From positions 33,460 through 97,459 of the IMG/VR virus record IMGVR_UViG_3300025127_007327: a DNA stretch of 64,000 nucleotides; one strand, 5' to 3'. Source of the stretch: a virus. The translations under genes were made by a program, and so were the position numbers. Under the pieces are notes generated by a model that made no database searches, was not told the DNA's origin, and saw only the letters and a program-made list of their open reading frames with translations. Shown one piece after another: positions 20,175 through 31,896 of the stretch (position 1 is its first letter; each line of letters opens with the position of its first letter).

Positions 20175-23100
20175 GAAACTTTTTGAATCTACCAATAAAG
20201 TAGATAAATTTATTTCAGACACAAATAGTAAAGATGCTTTCAATTCAGAAGCTGAATCTCAATTTAATATTGAGCAAAAGACAATTGATCAAGAGCGTTA
20301 TGTACCACAAGTAGACTATTCACAGCCTGAAAATTTTGCTAAATATGGCTCTGCTCGATTGTATTATAAATCGGCGCTTACAAGAATATCTGAATTTTAT
20401 CCTTATGATGGCTCAGAGGGCGAGACTAACGAGTTTTTAAACGGATGTTTAGACATTGAAAGATATATCTTAGATAATCTTTACCCAAGAACAAACGGGT
20501 ATATTATCTTAAACAATGCAGGTCACACAACTAAAGTTATGCAAAATGGCTTTGGTTTCCCTAATAGCAATGAACATATTGATTTAAAAGGTGGACCCGG
20601 AGTTGGAAGGGTAACATCTGGTAAGCTTAGAGATTTATTACCAAATCCTAAAAATAGTAGTTATGATTACTCAAACATCTATGATGAAAATATTTATCAA
20701 ACTGCAGGTTTGCCTTCTGATTATGGACAAGGCACAAGAACGTCAAATTTAAGAAGTGATTTTAGTGATGGTGTTACGTTAGAGTTTTGGCTTAAAACAG
20801 GTTCAATTGACCCACTTATAACACAAAGACAAGTAGTATTTGATTTATGGAACAACGAGCATTCTTCAAGTGATAATTACGGCCGATTAACTTTAGAAGT
20901 TACTGGTGCTAACCACGCCCAGCCTTCAACATTCCGCCTTAGTATTGCTTCTGGTTCAACAGTTATAAATTCTTTGCCTCTTGGTGATTTTGCTGTCAGC
21001 CAGCTTGGTGATTGGGCACATTATGCAGTCGTTTTATCTGCACAGAGCGCGTCTTTATATATTAATGGTCAAAGAAATAGTATCGCAACTTATGGTACCG
21101 CGACAGCCACAATTACCACTACTGGCGGTCCTCTTAATAATGAAACCTTTACTCTTACAGATGCTGCAGGACTTTCAGTAGGTTTTATATTTAAGCACAG
21201 TGTCGCAACTGTGGATGGCTCCAAAGATGGAGATAATGTGATTATTGGTGTTGATGGTGCTTTAGGTAGCGCTGCAGCAGTAGGAGAGAGAATTAGAGAC
21301 GCTATCAACGCGTCCAGTCTTGCAATGGTTGCAGTTGAAAAAACTGGTCCTCTACGAATAGAACTTACACAAAATGGTATTGGAGCTTCTGGTAATACAA
21401 CTGTTGACATGTCTGGTGTTACTACTGTTACCGCAACTGATTTTACCGGTGGAAAAACACTTGGCGCTCTGTACGAGCCCAACACGATCGGTCGAATTGG
21501 GGCGCTTGTAACAAACTCAATTCCAGCATCTTCTGGCGCAGAAAGAACTGGCTCAGCCGGCAGCGGTAGATTATCAGGCTCACTGGATGAGTTTAGATTC
21601 TGGAAAACTGCGCGAGATGGAAAACAAATTGGTGAAAACTGGTTTACTCAAGTTCGTGGTGGCTCTAATAGTGATATATCAAACACCACTTTGGGTGTTT
21701 ACTATAAGTTCAACGAAGGTATTACAGGTGTTAATACCACTGATAATGTGGTGCTTGACTACGCCGGCCGTGTTACAAATGGCACATGGACTGGCTATAA
21801 TGCAGGAGCAAGAAATACTGGCTCTGCAATTGTCTCTGCCTCAGCAGCAACAGCAGAATTTTTAGATCCAATTATTAGAACTAACCATCCAAGTTATGTA
21901 AGTCTAAATACTGAACTTCTTTCTACCGGTTCTTATCACGATGGTAAAAACACAAATAAATTATTAAATCTTCTGCCATCTTGGATACTTCAAGAAAATG
22001 ATGAAGATGAAAATTTTGATTTAAATTATATTACTCATATTATGGGTACGTATTTTGATAAGTTATATTTACAAATTTCTGATTTACCAAACTTAAGGCA
22101 CCAAACACACACTAGCGGGACATTTAAGCCGATATCTTTTGCAGAGCACCTTCCACAATCTCTTGGATTATACAGTCCCGAAATTTTTATTGATTCCACT
22201 GTGTTAGAAAGATTTATGAATCGTAGTGCAGATGGTGTATTTGAAAATGAATTAGAAGAAGCTAAGAATTTAATTTATCAAAATCTTTATAACAACTTAG
22301 CAGAAATTTATAAAGCAAAAGGCACCGAACAGTCTATAAGAAATGTTCTTAAGTGCTTTAACATAAACGAAAATATTCTATCATTAAAAGTTAACTCAAA
22401 TAATTCAGAATTTATTTTAAGAAATAATCTGGAACAAAAACTGTTGAGAAAAAATTGCGCTAATTTTAACACAACAGATAACTCTACTGCCGTAATTTAT
22501 TCAAGAAAGCAAGACTCGGCTATTTTTAAAGGCGCTTCTTCGGAAATTTTGGGTTCTATAACGGGTAGTACAAGACAATATGGCTATGGTTTTACTTATG
22601 AAGGTAATGTAATTTTCCCCAATTTTGAACCCAGTGTTTTATCAAGTGTAACGCTAAGAGATTCTGGAGAAGTATCTTTATTTGGAACAGTCACGCCGCT
22701 TGACACAACTGCTGGGATAAACGGAACGGATACAACAGCCATAAACGCTACACTCGATTTTGGAAACTTTAAATTTTTTGCAGTTAGAGACAATCTTAAA
22801 TCAACCAATGCTTACTTTAAGCTAGTTGTAGCAAATCCTACAGGCGCCGATATAGTTTTAACAAGCTCAGTTTATAATGATATTTATAATGATGAGCCTT
22901 GGAATTTATCTGTTCGTGTACGACCAAAAAATTATCCATTAAGTTCTTTTGTTGACTCGACGACACACGAAGGCTACGATGTTATATTTACCGGCTTCAA
23001 TCCAAAAACAACAGACTTGTTTAATTCGTTTATTTTGTCTGCTTCAGTAGACGAGACTCTCGGTAAAAAGTATATTGAATCTAGAAAAAGAGCCTATGTT

Positions 23101-26100
23101 GGCGCTAACAGAGAAAATGTAACAGGTCCAGTTATTAATAAAAGTGATGTTTTAGTTTCATCTGTTGCATACTGGCTTAAGTCATTAGATGACACAGACC
23201 TTCAGCAGCATTCAGTTGATTTAGAAAATATAGGTCTTTCAGGTTCTTTTAGAAGCTTATCTGCACTTGACACCACAGATAGTAGTGTTGAAGTTTTAGG
23301 TAGAGATACATTAGCATTCAATTGGAATTTTAGAAACGTTGATAGCTCTGATAGTTCTGGTAATTTTGTTGTTGAAGATTTTAGCTCTGGTTCTACTGAC
23401 GTAATAAACAAGTTTGGTTGGGCTGGAGGAATATCTGGTTATTACTACACTGGTTATGGATTTGGTTTTGCTAATTCATCAACATCAGTTGTAAATAGGC
23501 AATCTGTAAACACTTATAAATTTATTGATCCAGAGAGACCCATTTCTTCTGATATGGTTCAGATTTTTAGTGATTCTGATGATTTAACTCCGAATTTAAG
23601 AAAAGAAGAAATAATTCCCAACTATGTTTATGCTTTAGAAAAAAGTGTATATGGTGCTATTTCTGAAGAAATGCTGGATTTCTTTGCGGGTGTGGTTGAT
23701 TTTAGATCAGTAATTGGTGCACCAGTTAACTACTATAGACACAGATATAAAGAAATGGAAAAACTTAGACAAACGTTCTTCCAAAGAGTATCTGAAGTTT
23801 CAACGGTTGAAAAGTATACAGAATATTATAAATGGTTTGATGATGCACTAACAACAATTATATCACAATTGATACCTGCTTCCGGTGAATATATTAATGA
23901 TGTTCAGAATGTTATTGAAAGTCACGTACTTGAAAGAAATAAATATCAAAATCGTTTGAATATAATCGATTCTAATACATTACCAGAATTTGAATCTGCC
24001 ACTGATTCTGGTGATCCGGGCGGCGATCTTTACGTAGAAGCATCATCGCCGCTTGAATCCTCTCCAAGACCAACAAATAGGCATCCAGTGTTTTGGCAAA
24101 AAAGAGCCGACAGGAGATCTTTAGAAATAAGAACTGGCACCTCATCTGCACAAGTTGCTATTGATACACAGAGAAATAAATTTAGAGACGTTATCTATTC
24201 TAACCCAGTACCATCATCGTCATTTAAAAAGCCGTTACTTGTTACATCAGGTGGCACAAAGTATAGATTAAATAATTTTAATAAAAGAACTCGATTACAA
24301 AAATTTAAATTTGATATTAATGTTGACGATGGTTTTTCTGGTAGACAAAGAGACAAAGGTGTTTCTCCTAGAGTAGTCAAAGCAGGTACTAATTTTGAAG
24401 AGATTAAGAGCTTTGATTACTTTAGATCGGCAGTTACTCCCGGCGGACCAATTAATTCCGAGGGTGGCAAGCTTGTTCCTGTAAACGTTTTATTGGGACT
24501 TGTTCAAGATTCAGTTGATTTACCTTATGTGATTGATCCACACAGACCGGCCGATGCAATTGTAAAAAGAAAGAAAGTTTTTAAAGTACAGCATGGTCGT
24601 GATTACGAGGATGGAATTGGATTTAAGAACGTAAAATCTTCATTAGGTTTCCCATTTAATGTTATTAGTTCCAGCGTTGAGGTTAACTCTGGTTACAATT
24701 CAGAAGTTGTGTCTAGGGTAGGTAACTACTTGATGATCACAAACGTCCACAACGACGTTTATGGAGATAATTTTGAAGTACCCATGCAAGGTGCTTTTAC
24801 TCGCGACGTTGTTGGTGGATTGCAGTATAGACATATTAGAGTAAATACAGGTAGCGATCAGCAAGATACAAGACCAGAGGGCTTTAGAATTCACCTTGGT
24901 ACATGTCCTCCTTCAACTGAAGGAGCGATTGGTATTGTTGGTCCTGATTATCCGCCGCCAAATTACAATCTTCCTGCGGGCTCAAGCACGAGACCTTATC
25001 CGTATCCACATACACCAAAAGCACATCTTTATCGTGATTTAACAGCCAAGAGGCCAGTTAACATTAAAAATATTGTAAATAATGATGGCAATGTAACTGT
25101 GCCCGGTAACTTTAAAGAAAATTATCAGGTTATTCATTCTGTTGGCTCATTTAATAATCCTAGAGCTTTTATTGACAGCCAACCAACACTGCCATCACAA
25201 TTATCAGATGTGAAATTTACAACAAATGTTAGAACACTTTTAGGAATTAAAAGAACAAACGATGCTCATACTGCTTTAGTTGATGAATATAGCACTTCAT
25301 ATCTTACTGGAACAACAAATAAATCAATTATTGTTTCTAGATTTAGCGCTCCCGGTGGTATTGAGGTAATGTCAAAAGGATATTTAGATTTTAAATCATC
25401 TGAATTAAGTCCATATAATTCCATACCATATCGCAATTTAACTGTTGTTAGACCATCACAGGGACCGAGTGGTACAATTTCTACCGCAGCTACCAATGGT
25501 GATACAACTGATATTCAAGTTTTCGACATACATGGTAGAGATTATGGTTTAAGATCTCATCTTTCTAGACATGCGAATAGATTTGGTAGAGATTCGTTAT
25601 TTGTAACGAATCCCGGTGATACGTATACTGAGCTTCCTAACTTTCACAAGATCAATAGAAATAATTTACAAAGAATTCAAATAGCTGGTTATAACAACCA
25701 ATTTGTAGATTTCTATGGTACAAGCTCTGTTAAAAACAATTACTTTGTACAACATCAGATTCCAAGATCTGACAGACAATATATGTGGCTTTCTAATTCT
25801 GTTCAAGATGTATCAGATATTAAATATTCAGGTTTCCAAAAAATCTTTAATGAACAATTAATGCCCTATAGAACATCTTCAAGTGGTCTTGAGTTTTATT
25901 GGACATTTGTGCAAATTGCAGACTCTAGAATTAATGGACTTTCACAGTCTACAAATGGCTTAAATATTCTGATCAACGATCCGATTACAGAGTCAGAGAA
26001 TACACTTGGTTATACATCTGATACAGATGTTAGCAACTATATGAACGCAGGTTTCTTTGCTAATCCCGCCGCGAGGAAAGCTGCTAGCACAAATTACTTA

Positions 26101-29100
26101 AATCAGCTTTTAACAAGCCGAGGAGCCACTTATGGCTGGGGCTGGAATAAACTTAGATTTAATAATAATAAAATTTTACGCAATGAAAGAACAAAGAATG
26201 AACTTACAATTGCAACAGGTAGTGACCAACATTTAAAAACATTTAGACTTGCGCCAGTATCGTTAAAAGGCAGAGAATCATTTATTAATTTTGATGCTAC
26301 AATTGCTTCTAATGGTACCGCTACAACTGAAAACATAACTCTCAAGTTCAGTAACACAAATGAAAGAATATTTTTCAATGAATTACCACTTAACAATCAA
26401 GCAGAAATTAATTATTCAGAAATTTCGACTCCATACAAAGATGCCATTGCTGCAGCTAACTCTAATTTAGCCACATTAAATTGGTTCCTATACAAACAAA
26501 ATATTTTCCCATCAAATCGTAATGAATTTAATACTTTTGTTACAAAACGTGTTGGGTATGACAACAAATATTGGAGAGATTCAAGAGCAGCAAGAGCAGT
26601 GCTTGGAAATACACTTAGTAGTTCTTTATTGGGCGCACCAGTAAATAAGAGTTCTTGGGTGCTTGACGCCCCTCAAAACTTCTTGAATCGAACATCAATT
26701 GTTGGTCTTAGCGGTGGAGTACAAGTGTCTGGATTTCCCAGTAATTTCTTAGTTGTTCAGCCATTTCAACCACTGCCATCCGGCACCGCCGGTTATAACA
26801 TATTCGTACCGTCTGCTGGAGAATTGCAAAACACATATTACTCATACTTTACATTAAACTCAACTAATGGTAAATTGGGAACAGTAGCATTAGCGCCACT
26901 TTATAATAGAAAACATGTTTTAGCTGGTCCAAGAACAGTTGTTTCCCCAGTCGGTATAACAATTCCTGAAACTGGTTCTGTAATGGGCTTGTTCCCGCTA
27001 GTATCTGGTTCAGGTAATCATGCTGTTGAGCCTTTCGCCGGCGAAGCACTTTGGGAAGCTGCCGATCAAGCAGGCATAGTTGTAACTACTACCTCATCCT
27101 CAACAGAAAAAATACTGAAGAGAGGCACTACTTCACAGTTTATTGCTTCTGCTTCTAACCCATGGTATAACGATTACGATGATTTTAAATCAGATTTAAA
27201 ATTAATGGCTAAAGGTTATTCAATCATTCCAGAATATAGAATGAGTGAGCACGTAAAGGATTATTTTAATTTTGGAATTAACAATAAATCTAAAACAAAC
27301 TTTTTTGAAATAGTAGGAACTAATTCATCAAGTGCAAATAGTAATTTTTATAAAGATTATTCTAATTCAGATTTCTTAGAAAACTTTATGGGTATTAAAA
27401 AAGAAAGCTTGCTTAACGCAAAAGAAATTAAACTTACATGTAAAGCAGCAATTAAATATAACGCTTATGACGGATTTTATCCTGCACAAAGGACAGTGAA
27501 TTTAGCGGAACAATTTGTAGATTCTTTTAAAGACTCTATCCAAGGCGCTACCTTTGATGAGACAAGGGGATCTACAACATTTAACAATAAAGGATTTCAA
27601 CAAGAGAATGCCGTCGGCGGTCAATCATTTTATAATGTCCCAAATCTTTTATATGAACGCATGCCGGCTGCAGCAAAACAAGCCTTTGATCCAATTTTCT
27701 CACCGGGTATTTTATATAACTCTATTAAAGCAGGTTTAGCTGTAGACTATCCAGTTGTATCAAACCATAGAAAACGACTTAGAAAGCCTTTTGGTACGAT
27801 TCATACTGCATCTACTGATAACTTTGCAATGACAATTACCGGCTCATCAACATTAGAAAACTTTATCTCTGGTTCTGGACAATATATTGGTGGTCAATTT
27901 TGGGATAAAAGAATTCCATTTGAAGCTATTATTGAGCCAACAAAATATATTTTAAATACAAACTTTACTGATTTAGAATCACATCCATCAATGAGTGTAG
28001 ATTGTTTTATCAGTGAGGTGGTAAAAGGTAAATCATACAATGAATGTTATGAAAAAAATGCGGTAACCGCTTCATATAATGACAATGCTGATGGAATTTA
28101 TACTTTAATGGCTCGTAATTTCTTTGGTGCATGCGGAGAATTTTTCTTAGATGGTGGTGAAATTTCAAAACTTGAATCAAAAACCGTTTTAAATGATTTA
28201 CAGTTTACTATTGATGAATCATTTTCTGATTTACGTCCAATATATATGGCAAGAGTCAAATTAAGAAGATCACACAACGGAGTCAGATCCTATCAATATG
28301 AAGTGGATTCTTTTGGAAATTCAGGAAGTGGTAGCTACTACGGAACTGTTGGAGCCCAAAGGACAATTAACGGTACCGCATCTTCTGGACAATACGCACT
28401 ACCACAAGACCCCATGCACAACCCTGCTTTCCAAGAAACATTTACCATGTATAGTAGACCGTCTGCGTTTGGTCCACCTATGGCTGGTCGCCCAACTGGC
28501 TCAAACGCCGCCTTAATGCCGTTTGTTAGTGCCTCAAAGGATAGTTTCAGTGGTTATAATCCAGCATTCACTCCACCTTACTATGACGGAGAAGCATGGG
28601 CGGACTTAATTTTCAGACCTCATGTTATGAACAGAGAAACCAGTAAGGGTGGTAATTTAACATCAACCCCAGAAGTTTACGATCTTAACAGAATCCTAAA
28701 CGAAACTCAGGTTGTTTGTTGGCGTTTTGATCCGGGCGAAGCCAGTACTTCGGGGTCAAATGCCGCCACACACGCACCAATGCCTGTGTTGATTCCAATT
28801 GAGCAAACTCAATTTGCAATGTTTACTGGAAGCACTCCCAATAACGATAAAACTGTACCGTCAATTTATGATGGAAAAAGAATTAATGTCAATTCAATGC
28901 AACTAACATCAAGTGTGCAAATATTTGGTACAGAAAGAGTATTAGAACAAGAAACAGACAAATTTGGAAATGTTGTCTCTAATAAAAATAAACCTGTTGG
29001 CACTAAATGGATTATTCAGCCTAAATGGGAAACACCTATGCTTAACTTTAATGATGCCGGTGTACACCCAATTGCTGCAGTTAGTGGTACGCTTACATTA

Positions 29101-30081
29101 CCAACATATGGGTCAGCCTCTGTTCCTAGAGGAATGTGGCACCAGTTTGGTGTAATTCCTGAAGATCCGAACACGGGTATATTCTTAGAAATTGGAGACA
29201 TTCCTGAAGACTGGTTAAAAAATCACTATGAGGTGCTTACTGGTGATAGAGTAACGCCTTATAATGGTGGTGCTATCGCTCGCAATGGCAGTCGAGGTTC
29301 AGAAATTGAGAATACAAATAGATATAACTTATATAAAAATGTTCGTTCTCTCTCGACACTTTGCGGTTTTGATAAGACAAATTCAAGATCAAGACTCGGC
29401 GGAATCAAGCAAAGTATGGCTGTACATGAAGCAGTTGTTGCTATCCCGTATATTATCGAGGAAGTAGATGAATTTGAAAATACCACTTTACCACCCGATT
29501 CAAAACTTAGAACTGAAAGAAAGAAATTTATTTCGATACCCAAAAAACGATTTGCTGCTGCCCGCGATGAAGCTGCTGGTTCGGCCGCAGGTGATAGTTT
29601 AACGGTGGCAGGTGAATCCATTAGAAAACTACGCAATGCTTTAGAAAAATTTGTATTTCCACCAGAGCTTGACTTTCTTAATAATAAAGAGGTTGATCCT
29701 TTTGCAATGTATGTGTTTGAGTTTAAATATGAATTTGATAGAGATGATTTATCGTATATTTGGCAAAACATAGCACCAAGAGATTTTGAAAAAGTAGAAT
29801 TCCAGAATGTTTCTGTTGCTCATAATCTTGCTAATAATGAATTAATTAATGAAGATGTCCTTGCAAACGAGAATTTACGTTGGATGGTTTTCAAAGTTAA
29901 ACAACGAGCACAAACTGATTACTTTGATTTGATTGCTGATCAAGCTAATGAGTCTACTACAAAGATTGATGAAAAGACAACCAAGATTAAAGATTACAAG
30001 TTTGGATTCAATTGGCCGTATGATTACTTATCTTTCGTTGAACTAGTTAAATTAGACACAGAAATACTGTTTAAGAAATAA
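20164..30081 (+). CDS. Giant baseplate wedge protein (gp7/P2-gpI-like motif) with LamG-like domain
   Basis: LamG features (TLEFWLK, WAHYAV, LYING, GSLDEFRFW, YYKFNEG) and IYKAKGTEQSIRNVL (KGT wedge motif); about 3305 aa. Confidence 0.72.
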   Translation: MSIKKLFESTNKVDKFISDTNSKDAFNSEAESQFNIEQKTIDQERYVPQVDYSQPENFAKYGSARLYYKSALTRISEFYPYDGSEGETNEFLNGCLDIERYILDNLYPRTNGYIILNNAGHTTKVMQNGFGFPNSNEHIDLKGGPGVGRVTSGKLRDLLPNPKNSSYDYSNIYDENIYQTAGLPSDYGQGTRTSNLRSDFSDGVTLEFWLKTGSIDPLITQRQVVFDLWNNEHSSSDNYGRLTLEVTGANHAQPSTFRLSIASGSTVINSLPLGDFAVSQLGDWAHYAVVLSAQSASLYINGQRNSIATYGTATATITTTGGPLNNETFTLTDAAGLSVGFIFKHSVATVDGSKDGDNVIIGVDGALGSAAAVGERIRDAINASSLAMVAVEKTGPLRIELTQNGIGASGNTTVDMSGVTTVTATDFTGGKTLGALYEPNTIGRIGALVTNSIPASSGAERTGSAGSGRLSGSLDEFRFWKTARDGKQIGENWFTQVRGGSNSDISNTTLGVYYKFNEGITGVNTTDNVVLDYAGRVTNGTWTGYNAGARNTGSAIVSASAATAEFLDPIIRTNHPSYVSLNTELLSTGSYHDGKNTNKLLNLLPSWILQENDEDENFDLNYITHIMGTYFDKLYLQISDLPNLRHQTHTSGTFKPISFAEHLPQSLGLYSPEIFIDSTVLERFMNRSADGVFENELEEAKNLIYQNLYNNLAEIYKAKGTEQSIRNVLKCFNINENILSLKVNSNNSEFILRNNLEQKLLRKNCANFNTTDNSTAVIYSRKQDSAIFKGASSEILGSITGSTRQYGYGFTYEGNVIFPNFEPSVLSSVTLRDSGEVSLFGTVTPLDTTAGINGTDTTAINATLDFGNFKFFAVRDNLKSTNAYFKLVVANPTGADIVLTSSVYNDIYNDEPWNLSVRVRPKNYPLSSFVDSTTHEGYDVIFTGFNPKTTDLFNSFILSASVDETLGKKYIESRKRAYVGANRENVTGPVINKSDVLVSSVAYWLKSLDDTDLQQHSVDLENIGLSGSFRSLSALDTTDSSVEVLGRDTLAFNWNFRNVDSSDSSGNFVVEDFSSGSTDVINKFGWAGGISGYYYTGYGFGFANSSTSVVNRQSVNTYKFIDPERPISSDMVQIFSDSDDLTPNLRKEEIIPNYVYALEKSVYGAISEEMLDFFAGVVDFRSVIGAPVNYYRHRYKEMEKLRQTFFQRVSEVSTVEKYTEYYKWFDDALTTIISQLIPASGEYINDVQNVIESHVLERNKYQNRLNIIDSNTLPEFESATDSGDPGGDLYVEASSPLESSPRPTNRHPVFWQKRADRRSLEIRTGTSSAQVAIDTQRNKFRDVIYSNPVPSSSFKKPLLVTSGGTKYRLNNFNKRTRLQKFKFDINVDDGFSGRQRDKGVSPRVVKAGTNFEEIKSFDYFRSAVTPGGPINSEGGKLVPVNVLLGLVQDSVDLPYVIDPHRPADAIVKRKKVFKVQHGRDYEDGIGFKNVKSSLGFPFNVISSSVEVNSGYNSEVVSRVGNYLMITNVHNDVYGDNFEVPMQGAFTRDVVGGLQYRHIRVNTGSDQQDTRPEGFRIHLGTCPPSTEGAIGIVGPDYPPPNYNLPAGSSTRPYPYPHTPKAHLYRDLTAKRPVNIKNIVNNDGNVTVPGNFKENYQVIHSVGSFNNPRAFIDSQPTLPSQLSDVKFTTNVRTLLGIKRTNDAHTALVDEYSTSYLTGTTNKSIIVSRFSAPGGIEVMSKGYLDFKSSELSPYNSIPYRNLTVVRPSQGPSGTISTAATNGDTTDIQVFDIHGRDYGLRSHLSRHANRFGRDSLFVTNPGDTYTELPNFHKINRNNLQRIQIAGYNNQFVDFYGTSSVKNNYFVQHQIPRSDRQYMWLSNSVQDVSDIKYSGFQKIFNEQLMPYRTSSSGLEFYWTFVQIADSRINGLSQSTNGLNILINDPITESENTLGYTSDTDVSNYMNAGFFANPAARKAASTNYLNQLLTSRGATYGWGWNKLRFNNNKILRNERTKNELTIATGSDQHLKTFRLAPVSLKGRESFINFDATIASNGTATTENITLKFSNTNERIFFNELPLNNQAEINYSEISTPYKDAIAAANSNLATLNWFLYKQNIFPSNRNEFNTFVTKRVGYDNKYWRDSRAARAVLGNTLSSSLLGAPVNKSSWVLDAPQNFLNRTSIVGLSGGVQVSGFPSNFLVVQPFQPLPSGTAGYNIFVPSAGELQNTYYSYFTLNSTNGKLGTVALAPLYNRKHVLAGPRTVVSPVGITIPETGSVMGLFPLVSGSGNHAVEPFAGEALWEAADQAGIVVTTTSSSTEKILKRGTTSQFIASASNPWYNDYDDFKSDLKLMAKGYSIIPEYRMSEHVKDYFNFGINNKSKTNFFEIVGTNSSSANSNFYKDYSNSDFLENFMGIKKESLLNAKEIKLTCKAAIKYNAYDGFYPAQRTVNLAEQFVDSFKDSIQGATFDETRGSTTFNNKGFQQENAVGGQSFYNVPNLLYERMPAAAKQAFDPIFSPGILYNSIKAGLAVDYPVVSNHRKRLRKPFGTIHTASTDNFAMTITGSSTLENFISGSGQYIGGQFWDKRIPFEAIIEPTKYILNTNFTDLESHPSMSVDCFISEVVKGKSYNECYEKNAVTASYNDNADGIYTLMARNFFGACGEFFLDGGEISKLESKTVLNDLQFTIDESFSDLRPIYMARVKLRRSHNGVRSYQYEVDSFGNSGSGSYYGTVGAQRTINGTASSGQYALPQDPMHNPAFQETFTMYSRPSAFGPPMAGRPTGSNAALMPFVSASKDSFSGYNPAFTPPYYDGEAWADLIFRPHVMNRETSKGGNLTSTPEVYDLNRILNETQVVCWRFDPGEASTSGSNAATHAPMPVLIPIEQTQFAMFTGSTPNNDKTVPSIYDGKRINVNSMQLTSSVQIFGTERVLEQETDKFGNVVSNKNKPVGTKWIIQPKWETPMLNFNDAGVHPIAAVSGTLTLPTYGSASVPRGMWHQFGVIPEDPNTGIFLEIGDIPEDWLKNHYEVLTGDRVTPYNGGAIARNGSRGSEIENTNRYNLYKNVRSLSTLCGFDKTNSRSRLGGIKQSMAVHEAVVAIPYIIEEVDEFENTTLPPDSKLRTERKKFISIPKKRFAAARDEAAGSAAGDSLTVAGESIRKLRNALEKFVFPPELDFLNNKEVDPFAMYVFEFKYEFDRDDLSYIWQNIAPRDFEKVEFQNVSVAHNLANNELINEDVLANENLRWMVFKVKQRAQTDYFDLIADQANESTTKIDEKTTKIKDYKFGFNWPYDYLSFVELVKLDTEILFKK

Positions 30082-30084
30082 AAA

Positions 30085-31881
30085 ATGGCTAAATTTTTAG
30101 ATAAAAAAGAAAGAGTAATTGATTTTCAGTTAACACCTTATGGTAAACATAGGTTGGCTGTTGGCAAACTTAAGCCAGCTTTCTATGCATTTTTTGATCA
30201 AGGTGTTTTATATGATAGTGAGTACGCCGGATTTAGTGAAGTACAAAACAATATCCACGAGAGAATCAAAAATAAAACTCAATTCATTGAAGGTATACTG
30301 TCATTTGAAGAACTAGAAAACTCAGTTCCACCAAGTACTTTTTTAGGAGGGCTCGAAACGTATAAATATGCAGTGTCCACCGGTGGACCTACAGCATTTT
30401 TAACGCTTGAGGAAATACGTGAGCTTGATGCTAGTTCTTCTGAATCCGAATTTGGTGGCATGACTGACGAAGAGCTTATAGCAGCTATAGAAGATACACC
30501 TGTAGTTGGTTTATATTCAGGTGTTTCATTATTTGATCTTGATATTGTACCACAAAAGTTTCTTCCAAAGCCTGAAGTACTTTCATTTGAGTCCGCTATT
30601 GGCGATGCAAAATTTGAAGGCAGCAATACTCAAGCAGCCCCTGCATGGAAGATTGTATCTTGTCAAGGTGAGATGAGTAACATTACTGCCAAAGATACAA
30701 CTAAATATAATTTTAGTTCAGCAAGTTTTGACAACGAAGAAACAGAATTTAATATTCCACAAATAAATGTTGATGCTTTCTATACTAAATTAATAACCAG
30801 AGATGATTTTAAACCTCCTTTCTACAATGGTGTTACAGAATTTACCTCTCAGACACCAACGTTTGCAGACGGTAATATTATTAAACTTATTAGAGATGAT
30901 ATTGTAATTTACGGTGAAGAAGTAAACACTGAATTACTAAACGAAAACTTTGATGTCGAAGTTTTTGAAATGGAAGAAGACAACGGAGTTGAAACTAAGG
31001 CTGCTGGTTTTATAAATATTGTTAATGATCCTGATGCTGGTGATACAATTACAATCAGTGATGGACTTACTACCGCAACTTTTGAATTTGTTAATTCAGG
31101 TGATGATGCAACCGGACTTGGTAACATTGCTGTTGTAAGAAGTTCAAATTATACATTATTAGGAGCAGCAAGTCAAAACAAAAAAGGTTCATTTCTTAAT
31201 TTAATTTCTGCTATTAATCAAGATAGTGGTGAAAAATCATTGGGATATCCAACGGATCCGTATTTTGGTTCAACAGGCGCCGGCGGAAATATAATAGATA
31301 GGGGTCGGTGTTCAAGTGATGATGATCCAGTTGGCTGCTATAAAGGCAATCACAACTTAAAAGTTAGAATTAATAGTTCTGGGGATGATGGATTCGCATC
31401 AGTAGCATCACAAACGGGAACATTAACAGTAAAAATAATTAATGATAATGTGGTAGGAAATGTTAATCAAACCATTTTAAAAAGTGATGCTGATAACGAT
31501 ATAACTGTGGAAGGTTTTTCTGGAGGCTTTATAGCAAAAGGCGCCCAACTAAAAAGAAAGTTTTTTGCCAACGATAACCCTCAAATTGTTGATGGATTAA
31601 TGCTATCAAATAATCCCCAAGCAGCAGAAACTAAAAATTTTACAGCAGATGATGTTAATTATTTCTTTAATATCTTAACTGATTCTAAAGTTAATGCTAG
31701 AATAGCGTGTGCATGTGCAAATGCTTTTAATAAAAATTCCTATTATGTGGATATTGATTTTGAGTGTGACGAAGAAATTATTCCTGAAGTTTTTTACGAT
31801 ATTTACGGTTCTGCAACATCACCTGAGATTTGTGAACCTGTTGAAGAACCAGCCGAAAACTGTAGTGATTTAGAAAAGTAA
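30085..31881 (+). CDS. Tail/baseplate protein with tail-collar-like N-terminus
   Basis: N-terminus (IDFQLTPYGKHRL...FYAFFD) is paralogous to the 40875 and 42031 proteins. Confidence 0.55.
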   Translation: MAKFLDKKERVIDFQLTPYGKHRLAVGKLKPAFYAFFDQGVLYDSEYAGFSEVQNNIHERIKNKTQFIEGILSFEELENSVPPSTFLGGLETYKYAVSTGGPTAFLTLEEIRELDASSSESEFGGMTDEELIAAIEDTPVVGLYSGVSLFDLDIVPQKFLPKPEVLSFESAIGDAKFEGSNTQAAPAWKIVSCQGEMSNITAKDTTKYNFSSASFDNEETEFNIPQINVDAFYTKLITRDDFKPPFYNGVTEFTSQTPTFADGNIIKLIRDDIVIYGEEVNTELLNENFDVEVFEMEEDNGVETKAAGFINIVNDPDAGDTITISDGLTTATFEFVNSGDDATGLGNIAVVRSSNYTLLGAASQNKKGSFLNLISAINQDSGEKSLGYPTDPYFGSTGAGGNIIDRGRCSSDDDPVGCYKGNHNLKVRINSSGDDGFASVASQTGTLTVKIINDNVVGNVNQTILKSDADNDITVEGFSGGFIAKGAQLKRKFFANDNPQIVDGLMLSNNPQAAETKNFTADDVNYFFNILTDSKVNARIACACANAFNKNSYYVDIDFECDEEIIPEVFYDIYGSATSPEICEPVEEPAENCSDLEK

Positions 31882-31896
31882 TTATAAGGATTTTAA

